Shown: piece by piece, positions 25,830-37,600 of the stretch
Layout: every line of letters begins with the position of its first letter
Position numbering within the stretch: position 1 is the stretch's first letter
Origin: Camelus dromedarius
Lineage: Eukaryota
NCBI RefSeq assembly: GCF_036321535.1
Contig: NC_087436.1
Location: 106,022,001-106,086,000, forward strand
Direction: 5' to 3'
Length of the DNA: 64,000 nucleotides
Program-made: the position numbers and the translations under genes
The notes under the pieces: generated by a model
Database searches by the model: none
Told to the model about the DNA's origin: nothing
Seen by the model: the letters and a program-made list of their open reading frames with translations, nothing else

Positions 25830-26520
25830 GCTGTTGCCCAAAGAAGCTGGGAGGGAGAAAGAAGAAGTAAGGAAGCAGGTAAAGAAGGCGTCAGAGAGGT
25901 GGGAGAGAACTCAGAAGCTGCTGGTAGCAGCGATCAATGTCAAGTGGCTTGGGAAGTTAAGCAGAATAAGAAATGAGAAGAGACCTCAGGGATTTGGCTG
26001 GAAAGATACTATTGGTGAATTCCCAGTGGTCAGTCTCCCCAAGTAGTAAGTTCAAGTAGATGACGCATATCAGATTCGTCCCCAGATTGAAGAATGTCTG
26101 GTGAGAAAATCACCCACCCAGGAGTTAGAGAAAGAAGCAAAATAAAGTAGCAGTTAACAAATCCAGTCACGTGAGGTTATGTTCTACATGGAGAAGGTAC
26201 ACAAGGTGCAGAGGGGAGGATAAGATACAGGCAAGGTCAAGAAAAGAAAGGGCCCTAGGTGGCCGGAGGTGATGGGGGCAATGGTGGAGGGGCCAGTCTT
26301 GGGTGGGAGGGCTGAGCTCTTGAAGAGCGCAGGTGAGGATGAGAAAGGCGATGTAAGGCATGGATTTGCGGAAAAGGAGCGAGGTAATGGATGGGTGGAA
26401 GTCTGGATTCAGACCCCTTTTTCTTCAAAGAGTGAGATTCCATGCTGTTAGGTACAAGTCTTGGTCAGCAGAAAGGACTGGTGACTGAAAAGAGGAAGGA
26501 ATATTTTCCATATTTTCAGA
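25830..26520 (-). mobile_element. L2 LINE remnant
   Basis: Purine-rich antisense L2 motifs such as 'gttaagcagaataagaaatgagaagagacc..ggattt'. Confidence 0.6.
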
Positions 26521-27916
26521 ACCTCTCTGGGAAATTCATCAAATGGGATTTACTATTCAGTTTGCTATACCGTTGATGTGTACCGCTGTTTATTTATTTT
26601 GGATTTTTAAAATAGCTGTTCCTCTTATCCTGTTAGTGCATGTCTTGTTCTTGTAGAAAAACACTGGTGATATTAAAAGGAAATTTGTATTTGCATTTTT
26701 GTTAGTCTTTCACATCCTCTTCCTGTCAACTTTATTAGTGTGAAATGCCATTAATCATTACAGTGTCATAAAAACACATTTTACAATAATGTTATTTCCC
26801 CCCAAGGTTTATTTCTACCATTCTAAGAGATATTTGTGTTGGAAATAGGTTTCGTTTTGAGCCTTTCATCTTGAACTCCATAGTTATTCCTGGGACTACT
26901 GCCCCTTAGTTGATAATTGGTTTCGGATGTCTGTTACAGACTTTGTAATCTCCTGAGGGAGCTCTGGAAAGGGACGGGTTAGGCCAATAAAAAGACCCTT
27001 AGTTTTTAATAAAAATCACCGTGTGGTCTTTCCTTAGGACCATTTGTTCAGCCTGGTGGTTGAGAGCCCAGCCAGGGTCATCATAAGGTAGAAAGGAGCT
27101 CTTTGCCCCTGGGAGACCATGAAGAGTAGACAGCTCCTGAAGGCTCTCTAGGATGAAAACCAGGGTTCTTGGTAAATTGAATAGACTCATGTAGTTCAGG
27201 TTTGAGGGTATAACAGTAAGGGTAGCCAGAGAACTGGAATGAGGGGAGGAAGAACCCAAGAGTTGCTTGGTCCCTAAAGAGTATTTAACTTGGAAGGCAC
27301 CCCAAAAAATGAGAGTGGTGGTGAACAGACACAAATATGAAAGAAGATGCTGCAGGATCAGCTGGTCATCATTATCCTTTTCAATGCCTATGTCTTCTGA
27401 ATGGTGGCTCATTCTTCTCCATTTCAACTCTAAACCCAGACAGATCAGGAGCAGTCTTTTCCTGACCGTATGTCATTTACTAAATGCTTAAAAAAATCCC
27501 AACTGGTATGATATGGTCATTCCTTTCTCGAAGTGGTAGCATTTTAAAAAATTGTCCTTGTTATTCTGACTTTCAGGTCTTCTTCATGCAGTGAAAATAC
27601 ACAAGATGGAGGCAGCTGATGGCTTTCCTTTAGAATTGTGTGTATGGTGGTGTTGAGCATTTGATTGGTCTAAAATGAGAGATATTGATTCTTTCCTAGG
27701 ACACTAGTGTTGAGTCATTTCATTGGTAAGCATGTTACTTTGCTGATTTTTTTTACTTGGAACTCCTGAAAAATGGGAAAAGTCACAGTATATTAATAGA
27801 GAAAATAAGTGGCTAGTCCCTTTGTATCAGTTAGGGAGCTCTTGGCTTCAAATAACCAAAGAATCAACATTAAGTGGCTTAAACATTCAAGAAGGTGATT
27901 ATTGTGTAAAGGAAGA

Positions 27917-28656
27917 TGTGGTATGCATGCTCCAAATTGCGTGATCCCTGCTGCTGGTCCTTCATGCCTTTGTGTAATCCTCTCCTTTTGATTTTGTGGC
28001 TCATTATAAATCAGTGGTTTTCATCTGGGGGTGACTGTTTCCCGTGGGACATTGGACAATGTCTGGTGACTTTTTTTGTTTTAACTGGGGGTGGTGATGG
28101 TAATACTGGCACTAGTAGAGGCCAGGGATATTGCTAAACATCCTGCAGAGCACAGGACAGCCCTCCCAGCAAAGAATTACCCAACTCAAAATGTTGGTGG
28201 TGCCAAGGTTGAAAACATCTGCAATGAAAGAATGGAGTATAGCAGGGAGTAATAGGACGCCACTTTTAATACTAGGTGATAACGAAAGACTGTGGCTTCC
28301 ATATGGGGTACTCTCCCTCACTTTCTCTTTTGTTGCTTCTCTGGGAGAAGCCAGCTGCCATGTTGTGAGGCAACCCTGTGGTGTGACCCATGTGAATGAG
28401 CTTGGAAGAGGATCTTCTGAGGCTGGCAACTGCCGTATAGGTGAGTTTGGAAGCAGATCCTCCCCCACTTGAGCCTTGAGAGGACTGCAGCGCTGACCAG
28501 CACCTTGATTGTAGCCTTGTGGAAGACCCCGAGCCAGAGTCACTCACCTCTGCCACTCTCAGATTCACGAACCCCTGGAGTTACAAAATAATGTTTGTTA
28601 TTTTAAATTGCTAAACTTTAGGGCTGCTTGCTACACAGCAATAGATAACCAGTACA
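27917..28656 (+). mobile_element. MaLR solo LTR (MLT1F-like), split by MER20
   Basis: Runs tg...'acacagcaatagataaccagtaca' with TSD gaaga/caaga. Contains 'gaagccagctgccatgttgtgagg'. Confidence 0.85.
28012..28221 (+). mobile_element. MER20 (hAT-Charlie)
   Basis: cagtggtt...'gggacattggacaatgtctgg'...'agaggccagggatattgctaaacatcct'...'gccaaggttgaaaacatctg'. Confidence 0.9.
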
Positions 28657-28841
28657 CAAGAAGTCTGGAGGCAAGGTGGTTCCAGAATTGGATCAGAGAT
28701 TCAATCATGTCATCCAGGCCCTGGTTCTCTCTGTGCCTCCGCTCAGCCGTCCTCTCTGCATTGGCTAGCTCCTCAGGCTCTCCCTTTATGATCCTAAGAT
28801 GGATGCTTGGGGCATCACTCAATTCCAAAAACAAGAAGGAG

Positions 28842-28970
28842 GGGGGAGGGTATAGCTCAGTGGAAAAACACTTGCTTAGCATGTACAAGGTCCTGGGTTC
28901 AATTCCCAGTGCCTCCATTAAAAAAAATTAAAATAAATAAACCTAATTATCACCCCCAAAGGAAACCACC
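28842..28970 (+). mobile_element. tRNA-Ala-derived camelid SINE (Vic-1-like)
   Basis: Head ggggagggtatagctcagtgg, B box ggttcaattcc, tail 'aataaataaacctaattatcacccc', and a ~15-bp TSD aaaa(a/g)caagaaggag. Confidence 0.88.
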
Positions 28971-30721
28971 AAAAGCAAGAAGGAGAGTTTCTTCTTGCGC
29001 ACCTCTTTCTATTGGAAAAGATGAAAACTTTTCTCAGGAGCCACTTAAACAACTTTCCCCTCACTTCTCCGTGGACACAATTAAGATACACTGATGTCCT
29101 AGCTGTAGGGCAGGCTAGGAAAGGAGAGATTAGCATTTTCAGCCTTTATGATGGGAAGTGGTCTCTATCAGCAAAAAGAGAAGAGCAGGGCTGAAGAATG
29201 AGCAATTCTCTATCTTTCCTTCTGTGAGTAGAAGCCTGAGGTTTTGGGTAACTTCCCCATGGAGACAGGACTCTATTTAGGTCTCTGGGCACTGACCGCT
29301 TAGTCAGTTTCATGTCCCATTCACCTCTTCCCCTTCTGGAGCAGATATTTTCCCACTGAGATAGGCTTGCATGCAGGGAATTGGTAAGGAGGGGGAAAAA
29401 GCAGGGGTTGGCTCAGGTGTTTTTCTCTTGGCTGCTGGTTGTGTCTCAGGGGACTGCTGCTGTAATAGGAATCGTCGTTTCCTCTGCAAGTTTGGGCAGA
29501 GTTGTTGAAGAGGGATGGACTGTGGTTTAATAATTTTGCTTTTCCTTAAGCTTCAGTGTAACCCCTGCTGCTTCTGACTGTGACCAGAGCCCTCTGGAGG
29601 AGAAATTATGAAGAGAAACAAAATCACATATGTTATCCTCATGACTGCCTTGGAAGTGGTGGGGGAGATGAGGAATACATATGAGGCGGGGAGTGTTTAT
29701 AAGCCCGACGCCTTGCAAAGGAATGGTTGAGCACAGATTCTGGTTTAGAAATAGGGACTCACAGCCATCTCTGAGTTGCAAGAGCAGGTAGTTGAATATA
29801 GAGAGGCAGAGGGGATGGGGCGGGATCATGGGTTTGGAGATAAATGTTTTCACATCTCAATTGCCCCTTGTTAGCTGTGTGATCTTGGCCAAGTCACTGA
29901 ACCTCTCTGAGGCTCAATGCTGTAATTGTACTTGAAAGCACTCAACATAGTAAGCACAGTAGATCCTTCTGTTTTATGGAAAGTCAAATTAAGTCACTTC
30001 TGTTTGGTAGAATCTTGACGCTGGTTTTTGTTCTCCTTCCCCCTGCTTCTGTTTCAGAGCCCCCTGTCACCCTTTTATTTTTTATTCCTCCCTGAGGACA
30101 TCCATGTGCTTGTGTATTTCATCACGTGGAAAGGGAATCTGAGGAACACAGGCATCACTGGGGGCAAGAATTTAATTTCTTACCCCTCACAGGCATATTT
30201 GCATTTTGAAAGAGGACCGAATAAATACAGACTAAATGTGAAAGTGTAAATCATGAATAGCAGGGCATCAATGGGTAAACATTTCTTTGGGAAGCTGCGT
30301 CCTTCTTCAGCATCTAAATCACCCTATTTAGGCATCAGACTCTCCTTTGCCTAAAACTGACCTTACAAATGCGACATTCCTGATAATAGAAAGGGCTGCA
30401 TGCTACACCAGTTATGCCCTCTTTACCTCCTTGGATGATTTGTTTCTTTCTTCTTTCCTTTCTGAAGAATATTCTGACACATCCCGCTTCAAGGCAGGGA
30501 CAGACTGGGAGGGCTCACTCCTTCTTTGTAAAGGGCTGGAAAAGCTGCGCAGGGCCATCCCTAAGTCAGTAGCTCTCTGGGAAAGCCCTGCCCTGCTGAC
30601 CGAGACACCAGGAAGCACCTTTCTCCAGTCTGGGCATGGCTTCAGGCTGCCCTTGTGATCTTTCCCCTTTAACACGTCCATCTTAAATTGATGTCACAGG
30701 GCTAAGGAGGGAACTAATGGA

Positions 30722-31150
30722 GTGCTCAAGAACTTGGCCTATGGAGTTAGACTGCCTAGTTCAAACCCTCACGTTTCCACTCGGTAGTCACGATTTTGAG
30801 CACATCATTTAATTAATCTCCCAGAGCCTCAGTTGCCTCATCTATCAAACTGGATTAATGGTACTAACAATATATAATGCGTACCCGAGCAGGTACCACA
30901 TACCCAGACCTGTCCTAGCACTTTATGTACATTGACTCATTTAATCCTAGAGCAATCTTGAGAGCTATCCTTATCGCCATTCTGTGTGTGCAGGGCTGAG
31001 GCAGGGCGAGGTTAGCTGACTTGCCCAAGGTCACACAGCTAGTCAGTGAGCAGTGTGGGTCCAGAGCCTCTGTTCCTAACCGCCCCACTGCCTGGATTTC
31101 CTAGGAAACCTCTGAGGACTCGTTGAGATGATGCAGGCAAAGGGTTACAA
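30722..31150. mobile_element. MIR(+) interrupted by an inverted MIR(-) at about 30865-31095
   Basis: Sense MIR head and core run to about 30860. Antisense 'ttgcccaaggtcacacagctagt' follows, then the sense MIR tail resumes ('tgaggactcgttgagatgatgca'). Confidence 0.7.
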
Positions 31151-32519
31151 TGGCCTCTTGGTTCTTGTGGTTGTTATTTCTTATGTATGGGGTTACTTTG
31201 CAGAGAAAATCTGAAGCGTGTTCTTCAGTGCTGATGAGGTTCAAGATTTACCTGTTATTAACCCTTAGAAGTGGCTGGAAAAAAGTTTTAATGAAGTCTT
31301 TTTCCTTCTTTTATTCCCTCTTTCAAGTTCAAATGCTGCCAGCTAGAAGGAGAACTTTAATGTGTTAAATTTCTGAAGGTGGGCAGGACGGTTTTATGAC
31401 CCCCATTTTAAACTCCAGAACGGGGTGTCAGTGATGGATGTGGGCTGATTGGAGGGAGCAGCGAGAACTGCCCTCCAGGTAACCCCTGCCGGGTCCCCGT
31501 GGCAGGTTGATCGGATATGGTGGAAAAGCAACTAACAGGGAACCTCCGTGGTTGAGAGCAATCATCTCTGATGCTAGATCGTGATCTCTTTGGGTGCGAT
31601 ACTGATAGCATGTCTTTACTATGCAAGGAGGCTCACTAGAGGGTGGCAAGTGGTGGAGTCAGTCAGATACCTTGGCCTCAAAATTGTTGCAAAGGAGAAG
31701 TGAAGGCCATCGATTGAGTTGGGTTGTAAGGACCATGGGAAGTAACAGCCGTATTATTGAAGCTGACCTTCTGCTTAAACCTGTAGCCATTTCATCAATC
31801 ACCCACCGGTTGGGTCTCCTGAAGGTCAGTCAAATGATTCCGTTAATCGCCGGCTCATTCTCAGGTCCTCGCTTCAGGAGTAATAAATTTTTAAAACTTT
31901 TTAAAAAATGAAAAGTTGGATGACAGGTGTGTGTGGAAGAAAAATAATCAGACGGAGGAACAGTCATTTAGGAGCAAGCGGTCGGAGCAAGTGCTGGACG
32001 AAGGTAAAAGTTTTCACGGGCTGAGGAAGACCTCCCTGGCTCCCAGACCTGTGCCTGGAAGAGAGAGAGGGCCGAGGTCCTGGGTTTAGCCGAGGTGAGT
32101 CATCTGCGCCACCTGGTTCTCTGCCGTGGACATCAGGCCTTTCCCATACTGAGTACGCAGTGTCCGGAGCCCGCTGTGGGGACATTCCTTACAGAAGTAA
32201 CCACACAGGTAAGGTCCTCCAGTGACAAATTTTGCTGGACAGGCCCTCTTGAAATCAAAGACTTGCCTGACCCACTTCTGATTCGTCATGTAAAATATGA
32301 GCTTTTCTTTTGTTATACAGCTTATTGGGGAAAACAAAACAAAAACCATGTAGACCTGTGAAGAGATATATCTGCTTTATCTTAAACAACTTGTTTTGTT
32401 TGCAAAAACAGATGCTGTTATTAATAAGATGGGGGAAATGGAGCCCCTGAATGGAAGCACTGAGTAGGGAGTGGCTTGGTTGTGTGGTTTAAAGTACTGC
32501 AGTCATTTCAAGATCATGC

Positions 32520-32968
32520 ATGGGCCTTCTTGTCAGAAAGACCTGAGTTGTGTCCTCATTCTTCACAAGTAGCTGTGTGACCTTGGGCAAGTTACTTAAC
32601 CACCCTGAGTCTCAGCTGCCTAATTTGTAGAGAACAGTAGTCATATGTTCTCCTTAAGGCTGTTATAGTGCTTACATGAGAGCCTTCATTCATTCAAAAA
32701 ATGTTTATTGATACAATAAACATCCTTCAATAGCATAGACGTTAAAAGCATAGATTCTGGAAGCAGAATATCTGTGTTTGAATTTAGGTTTCACCACTTA
32801 TTTAGACAAGTTACTAAGTTTTCTGCGCATCTATAAAAAATGGGGGTAACGAGAGAATCTGTCTACCTCAGAGGGTTGTTGTGAGGATTCTGTGAGTTTC
32901 TGTATTTTCCGCCCTTAGAACGGTGCCTGGCATCTCGCAGTGCTCTGTAAGTGTTAGTCATTATTATG
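32520..32968 (+). mobile_element. Two tandem MIR SINEs
   Basis: 'agctgtgtgaccttgggcaagttacttaacc' and 'ctacctcagagggttgttgtgaggatt...agaacggtgcctggca'. Confidence 0.85.
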
Positions 32969-33558
32969 TGTGTGTTGGGGGGACATTGGCAAACCAAAGG
33001 GAAACAAAAGGAAAAAGATAAAACAACAGAGACAAGATATTTGCCCTTTATGGAACTCCTGTTTTATTGGGAGAAGACAAGACACACACATATATAGATA
33101 TAGCACAGAGCCTGGCGTTTAAGTATTCAATAGCTGGTGGCTCTAAGTGTCATCACTGTTACCCAGATCACTTGGCCTGAGTCACCAGAAGCCAGCACCT
33201 GAAAGGCAGAGAGGAGCTGTAAGTCACCTCTAGTCCATACATCATGCCTATACCCCCTTCTGCTTGCTTCCTCATCTTGCGTCTGGGACAGATGTATCCT
33301 TTGAGATAGGCAGGGAAATAGAGGTGGCTGCCTGACAGCCCACTTATAAAGTCTGTTTTCGTCGTGCTGAGAAATGTTGGGCTTCTCCATCTTCGGTTGG
33401 TTGATTCAGTTGTGCATTACCCATGCCCAAGGGAACACAGATTGCAACATGCCAGAGGATTTTGAGTGATTAACTCCAAATCCTTCAGCAAGGAGTTGCT
33501 GTTGAGAAATATGTCCCATGCGGCCCAAGGACCAGGAGCGATAAAAAGGCCCACCTAG

Positions 33559-33566
33559 TGACGTCA
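33559..33566. promoter_or_regulatory. Full palindromic CRE (TGACGTCA) in a repeat-free, CpG-retaining block
   Basis: Exact motif match. Function is not shown. Confidence 0.35.
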
Positions 33567-34224
33567 TTGTACACGCCACGGATCCACGCCTGGAAAGTTG
33601 CGGATCAAGTGAAATGAAGCCTGCTTTCGCATTAACTTTGATTGCACGATAGGGGATGAACTCCACTGAAAAAACTGACTCTTGAGATCTCTAATTTCTG
33701 TTAGAAATGTGTGTCGTAAGAAATAGTAAGGCTGTGTATTGTCTTCCCAGCCAACATTGTCTACTCAGTCCGGGACAAATAATAAAAGAGGCTTTTTTCC
33801 TCTCCTTTATTCCATCTCTCCCTCCTTCAGATCTTCTTTCCTCCCCTCTCCCTGCTCCCCTCTCCTCCTACCTCCCCTCCCCTTCCCTCATCTTCTCTCT
33901 CTCTGTCTCTCTCTCTCTCTTCCTGGGAGATAAAGGAGGATTCCAGACACAGGAGAACAGAGACACATCCAAGCTGCCAGGACACAGCTCTGAAGCAGGT
34001 CACAGCATATTTCTGAGAACAAAAACTGTGATTCCCCTGCCCTTTCTGCATCCTGGGAAGTTGGTTTCTTTATCTGGCATTTGTTTAGTGTTTATTTACA
34101 AAGTTTAGGCAGCAGCTGCGACTTCAGCAGGTACACAAAAAGAAGAGCTAGCAGGTTGCCAAGTTCCGCGAGTACAAATCAAATGTACTTCCACGTTCCG
34201 TGAGTTCTCGGTATTATGTGAAAT

Positions 34225-34237
34225 TGAACTTTGGACC
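34225..34237 (-). promoter_or_regulatory. HNF4-type DR1 motif GGTCCAAAGTTCA
   Basis: TGAACTTTGGACC on the + strand. Motif match only. Confidence 0.3.
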
Positions 34238-35064
34238 ACCAAGTTGCTCTATGAGAAAGGATGCTTCCCCTGATCTCTGCCAGCCAGTGGTCAACATTAA
34301 AGGTGACATGTGTGTCTGGCTGGGATGCAGCAGGGCAGTCCTATTGGGAAGGGGGCGGGATGTGTGGGACAGTGATGCAGGGGGAGAACGGACGGGCTAG
34401 ATACTGGCTTTCTGGTTGAGTTGGGCTGGGCTTCTCTAATAATAGCTCTCAGAGGGAAAGGCCAATTTGCTCTCCTGCTGTTTTTGAGAATGCTTAAATT
34501 CCTTTTTTTCAGTGGCCCAGATATGTACCTTAAACATATGGGAACTCCAACGACTGTCTGTCCCAAATCACACATCCTGAGCACAGTCCTAACAATGTGC
34601 CATTTTGATGGGGTGCAGAGAGAAGGAGCAACAGAGATGCCCCCGGGCAGCTGAGAGGGGGACCAGCCCACCACCCTTGCAGAGGGACTCAGAGGAGGTT
34701 TCAGTGCCTGAGGGTGCTCCGTGTGTCAGAGCTCTGCCACCATCTGTGGTGGGAGTGGGGAGTGAGGAGACCATGTGTGAATCAGGGCGGGAGAGTCTGC
34801 CTGGTTCTGGCTGGTGAATTCTTTGTTTGTTTGAGTTTACTTTTTTTGGTTTAGGGAGCTAGACACAACGCTAACAAATGCTTGGCCTAAGTCTACAGGA
34901 TAGAAGAATTTTTTTTCCTCTCCCCCATTACTTCTTTCCCCATCATCTCGAATACCTCTGTGTTCTCTTTATCCAGCTCCAAACTTCCCTCTGTGTGACC
35001 TAAGAATGGGATTACAAGGACCACTCAATAGATTCATATTCTTTCTTTCTCAAGATACTTGATT

Positions 35065-35154
35065 GGGGAGGGGAGAGCTCAGTGGTAGAGCGCCTGCTTA
35101 GCATGCACGAGCTCCTGGGTTCAATCCGCAGCACCTCCATTTAAAAAAAAAAAA
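35065..35154 (+). mobile_element. Short Vic-1-like SINE / tRNA-Ala(AGC)-derived retrocopy
   Basis: ggggaggggagagctcagtggtagagcgcctgcttagcatgcacgag..ggttcaatcc..acctcca followed by poly(A). Confidence 0.85.
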
Positions 35155-36249
35155 GTAAAAGATGCTCATGAAGTCACTAAACTTTGCTTTGTTCTTTGCC
35201 AACATTTGGTCAATTCAAGACTGTCTTGTCATTTCACCATAGACTGTTTTTATAGAGAAGAAAGTGAAACCAATAGGCTATTGGCTCACTCAAGCCAAAG
35301 ACCATCTTATGGTTCAAGTACACTGGGAAAGAGCAGAATGTGGTTTTTGCCTCATGGTCAGATCATGGGAGTATGGAGTTGGAGGGCCCCAAAGATCAGA
35401 TAGAAGAAACAGTGGCAAGTTTTGCTGGCCTGTTGAAGTGAGTGCTAATGCCAGCCATTTTCTCAGTCTTGTGAGCTTTTCTTCTTGTTCCAGGAACAAA
35501 GAATTTTATATTTGCCTTTTTTTTTTTTTTTTTTTGCTGTGGGAAAATGTATCTGGAATGTAGCTGCTTAAGCTCAGGGATTGACTCTCTGGTCACTAGG
35601 AGTGACCAAGGGGAACATGTTGATGGTGGGGCTTTCTGTTCTAGAGGCTCATAGGTGCAGTCTGACTACTGTGTGCAGACACTATTCTGGTGAGGGAGGA
35701 AGTAAAGAAATGAACACGACTTTGTCCCTGTCCTTACAAGATCACCGGGTAGGGATCTGTCACTTTGTAGAATCAAAATGGCAGCATCGTGTGGAAATTC
35801 CAAGACTGACCCTGACTCAGGAGCTGGGAGAACCCAGGAGAGGAGCTGGGCTGCAGGTCTCTGAAGGTTTCTGAGAGGACAGACACACTCTTCAAGATTC
35901 ATGAAGGACACGGAGGGCTGAGTTTGTGTGCAGTGGAAGAAGTTTTGCAAAAAAAAAAAAAAAAAAATTATGGTTTTCCCGCCACCTGTTTTTTTCTTGT
36001 GTGTGACCTTAAGTGTTGGTTCTGTCACTTTTTAAAATTAGAGGCCAAGCCTGGACAATTCTCAGGATGGAGGACAAAGCCTGGTGTGTGGGTGATGCTC
36101 AGTAAATGTCAGCCGAATGAATGAAACCATCTTATGGGACATGGCTCTGTCTATGGGAAGAAAGTCTGGATTTTGGGGGGTGGGGGGAGCTAATTATTTT
36201 CTCTCTTTTTTGTGTTAAGGAGAATTTTAACAGCGGAGCTGTGCTGCAC

Positions 36250-36430
36250 GTTAACAGCTACCGCCTTGAGCTCCTGACGTGTGCTTGGTATGTGGTGGTG
36301 TATCAAACTTGATCTCATGGCAGCCGTGTGAGGGAGTTTATTCCACTTATTTTAGAGATGACAAAACTGAGGCTTAGAGAGGATAAGTCACTTGCAGGTG
36401 ACACTTGATGAGTGGCTGGCACCGGGGGTG
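36250..36430 (-). mobile_element. MIR SINE
   Basis: 'ttttagagatgacaaaactgaggcttagagaggataagtcacttg'. Confidence 0.8.
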
Positions 36431-37464
36431 TTTGCTCCCCTGTTGGCCTGCCCCCACCCAGCCTGTGCTCTGTCCCCTACCCTCTGCCATCTTATGTTAA
36501 TGTTCACAGCTGATGGGAAAGTCAGTCTGTTAAACAAGGGAATAAATGAAATGAGGGAATTTTATTTCCCATCAGATTTCATCTCTCTTAGAGAGATTTA
36601 TGTCCCTGGATTGTATTTCATGGAACCTTTTTACGAGTAGCTAGATTTATAGGTGATGATCAATAGAATGCTGAGCTGGGCTTCTGGAGCACGTGGGTGC
36701 CGTTCACAAAGAGCAGGTGGGATGGCTCAGGGAAGAGGTGGTCTTCCTCGTTCCCCGGCAGCCTCGCTGAGCTGACGCTTGGGGTGGGAGAAGGAAGGAG
36801 ACAGAAGCCACAGTAGGAGGGATGCTCAGGAAATAGTGGGGGGCCAGCTCTACATTTGGAGAAGGCAAACGATCAGAGGAGGCCCATCTGTCAGGAGACA
36901 GCAGAACTCTCACACCAGAATCTCCATGTGTATGTTTTTGAAAATGGAGACCCATGAAGGAAGACTCACCTGGGGAGCTTAATGAAAATATAGGAAGTCT
37001 AGAGTAGGGCTTGGAATCTAGACATGCAGATTTGGAGGAGGACTCAAGGACCTCGGGACTTGAAGCCCTGTCACGTAGATGGCTGCTGCTTCTGCTTGTT
37101 TTATGAGGCATGGAAGTCGCCAATGTGAGTGTGAGGGTGCACCTGGGTGCATCGTTCTTCGGGACCTAGAGCCAGCATGACTTGGGGCTGCTACCTACAC
37201 TGCAAACATGGTTCTTCTCTCAAGAAAAAACAATCAGTAGGCATGTGCCTTATTTCCTGGAGGGATTCAGGTGCTGTTGCCCTTTCTGTGAGTCTTAGGA
37301 ACTTTCTTATAAAGGTACTGTGGTGCCCCACTAAACTTTCATCCAGTCAGCCCTGTTTCCTGGATGGCTGGGAACATCCCGTGGTAGGATGTCATTGTCA
37401 CCATCCCCCAAGATTTTTATACTTATGCTTTCCATAGCTTTCCGTATCCAAACATCATAATATC

Positions 37465-37600
37465 CTCCTTCACTTCTTTCCTTCTGTCCTTCATTCCTCT
37501 CTTCTTTCTTTTTCTTCCTTCCTCCCTCCCTGCTTTCCTCTCTCCTTTCTTCCTCCTTCTTTTCCTTCATTCCTTCCTTCTGTCCTTTCTTCCTTCTATT
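37465..37600. repeat. Polypyrimidine low-complexity tract (CTTC/CTTT-rich)
   Basis: Read directly from the sequence. Confidence 0.85.

Larger units (their letters stand above)
27823..29170 (-). mobile_element. Old MaLR LTR (MLT1L/M/N-like), interrupted by MLT1F and a Vic-1 SINE
   Basis: Starts 'tgtatcagttaggga...gtggcttaaaca'. Resumes after 28656 ('aagtctggaggcaagg') and again after about 28985. Confidence 0.65.

Noticed and set aside
28842..28917. Functional tRNA-Ala gene
   Set aside because: The D-arm is mutated, and it has a SINE-specific tail and TSDs, so it is a SINE.
30347..30681. Overlapping ORFs and an acceptor-like site at about 30467
   Set aside because: There is no canonical donor at a plausible distance and no recognisable protein.
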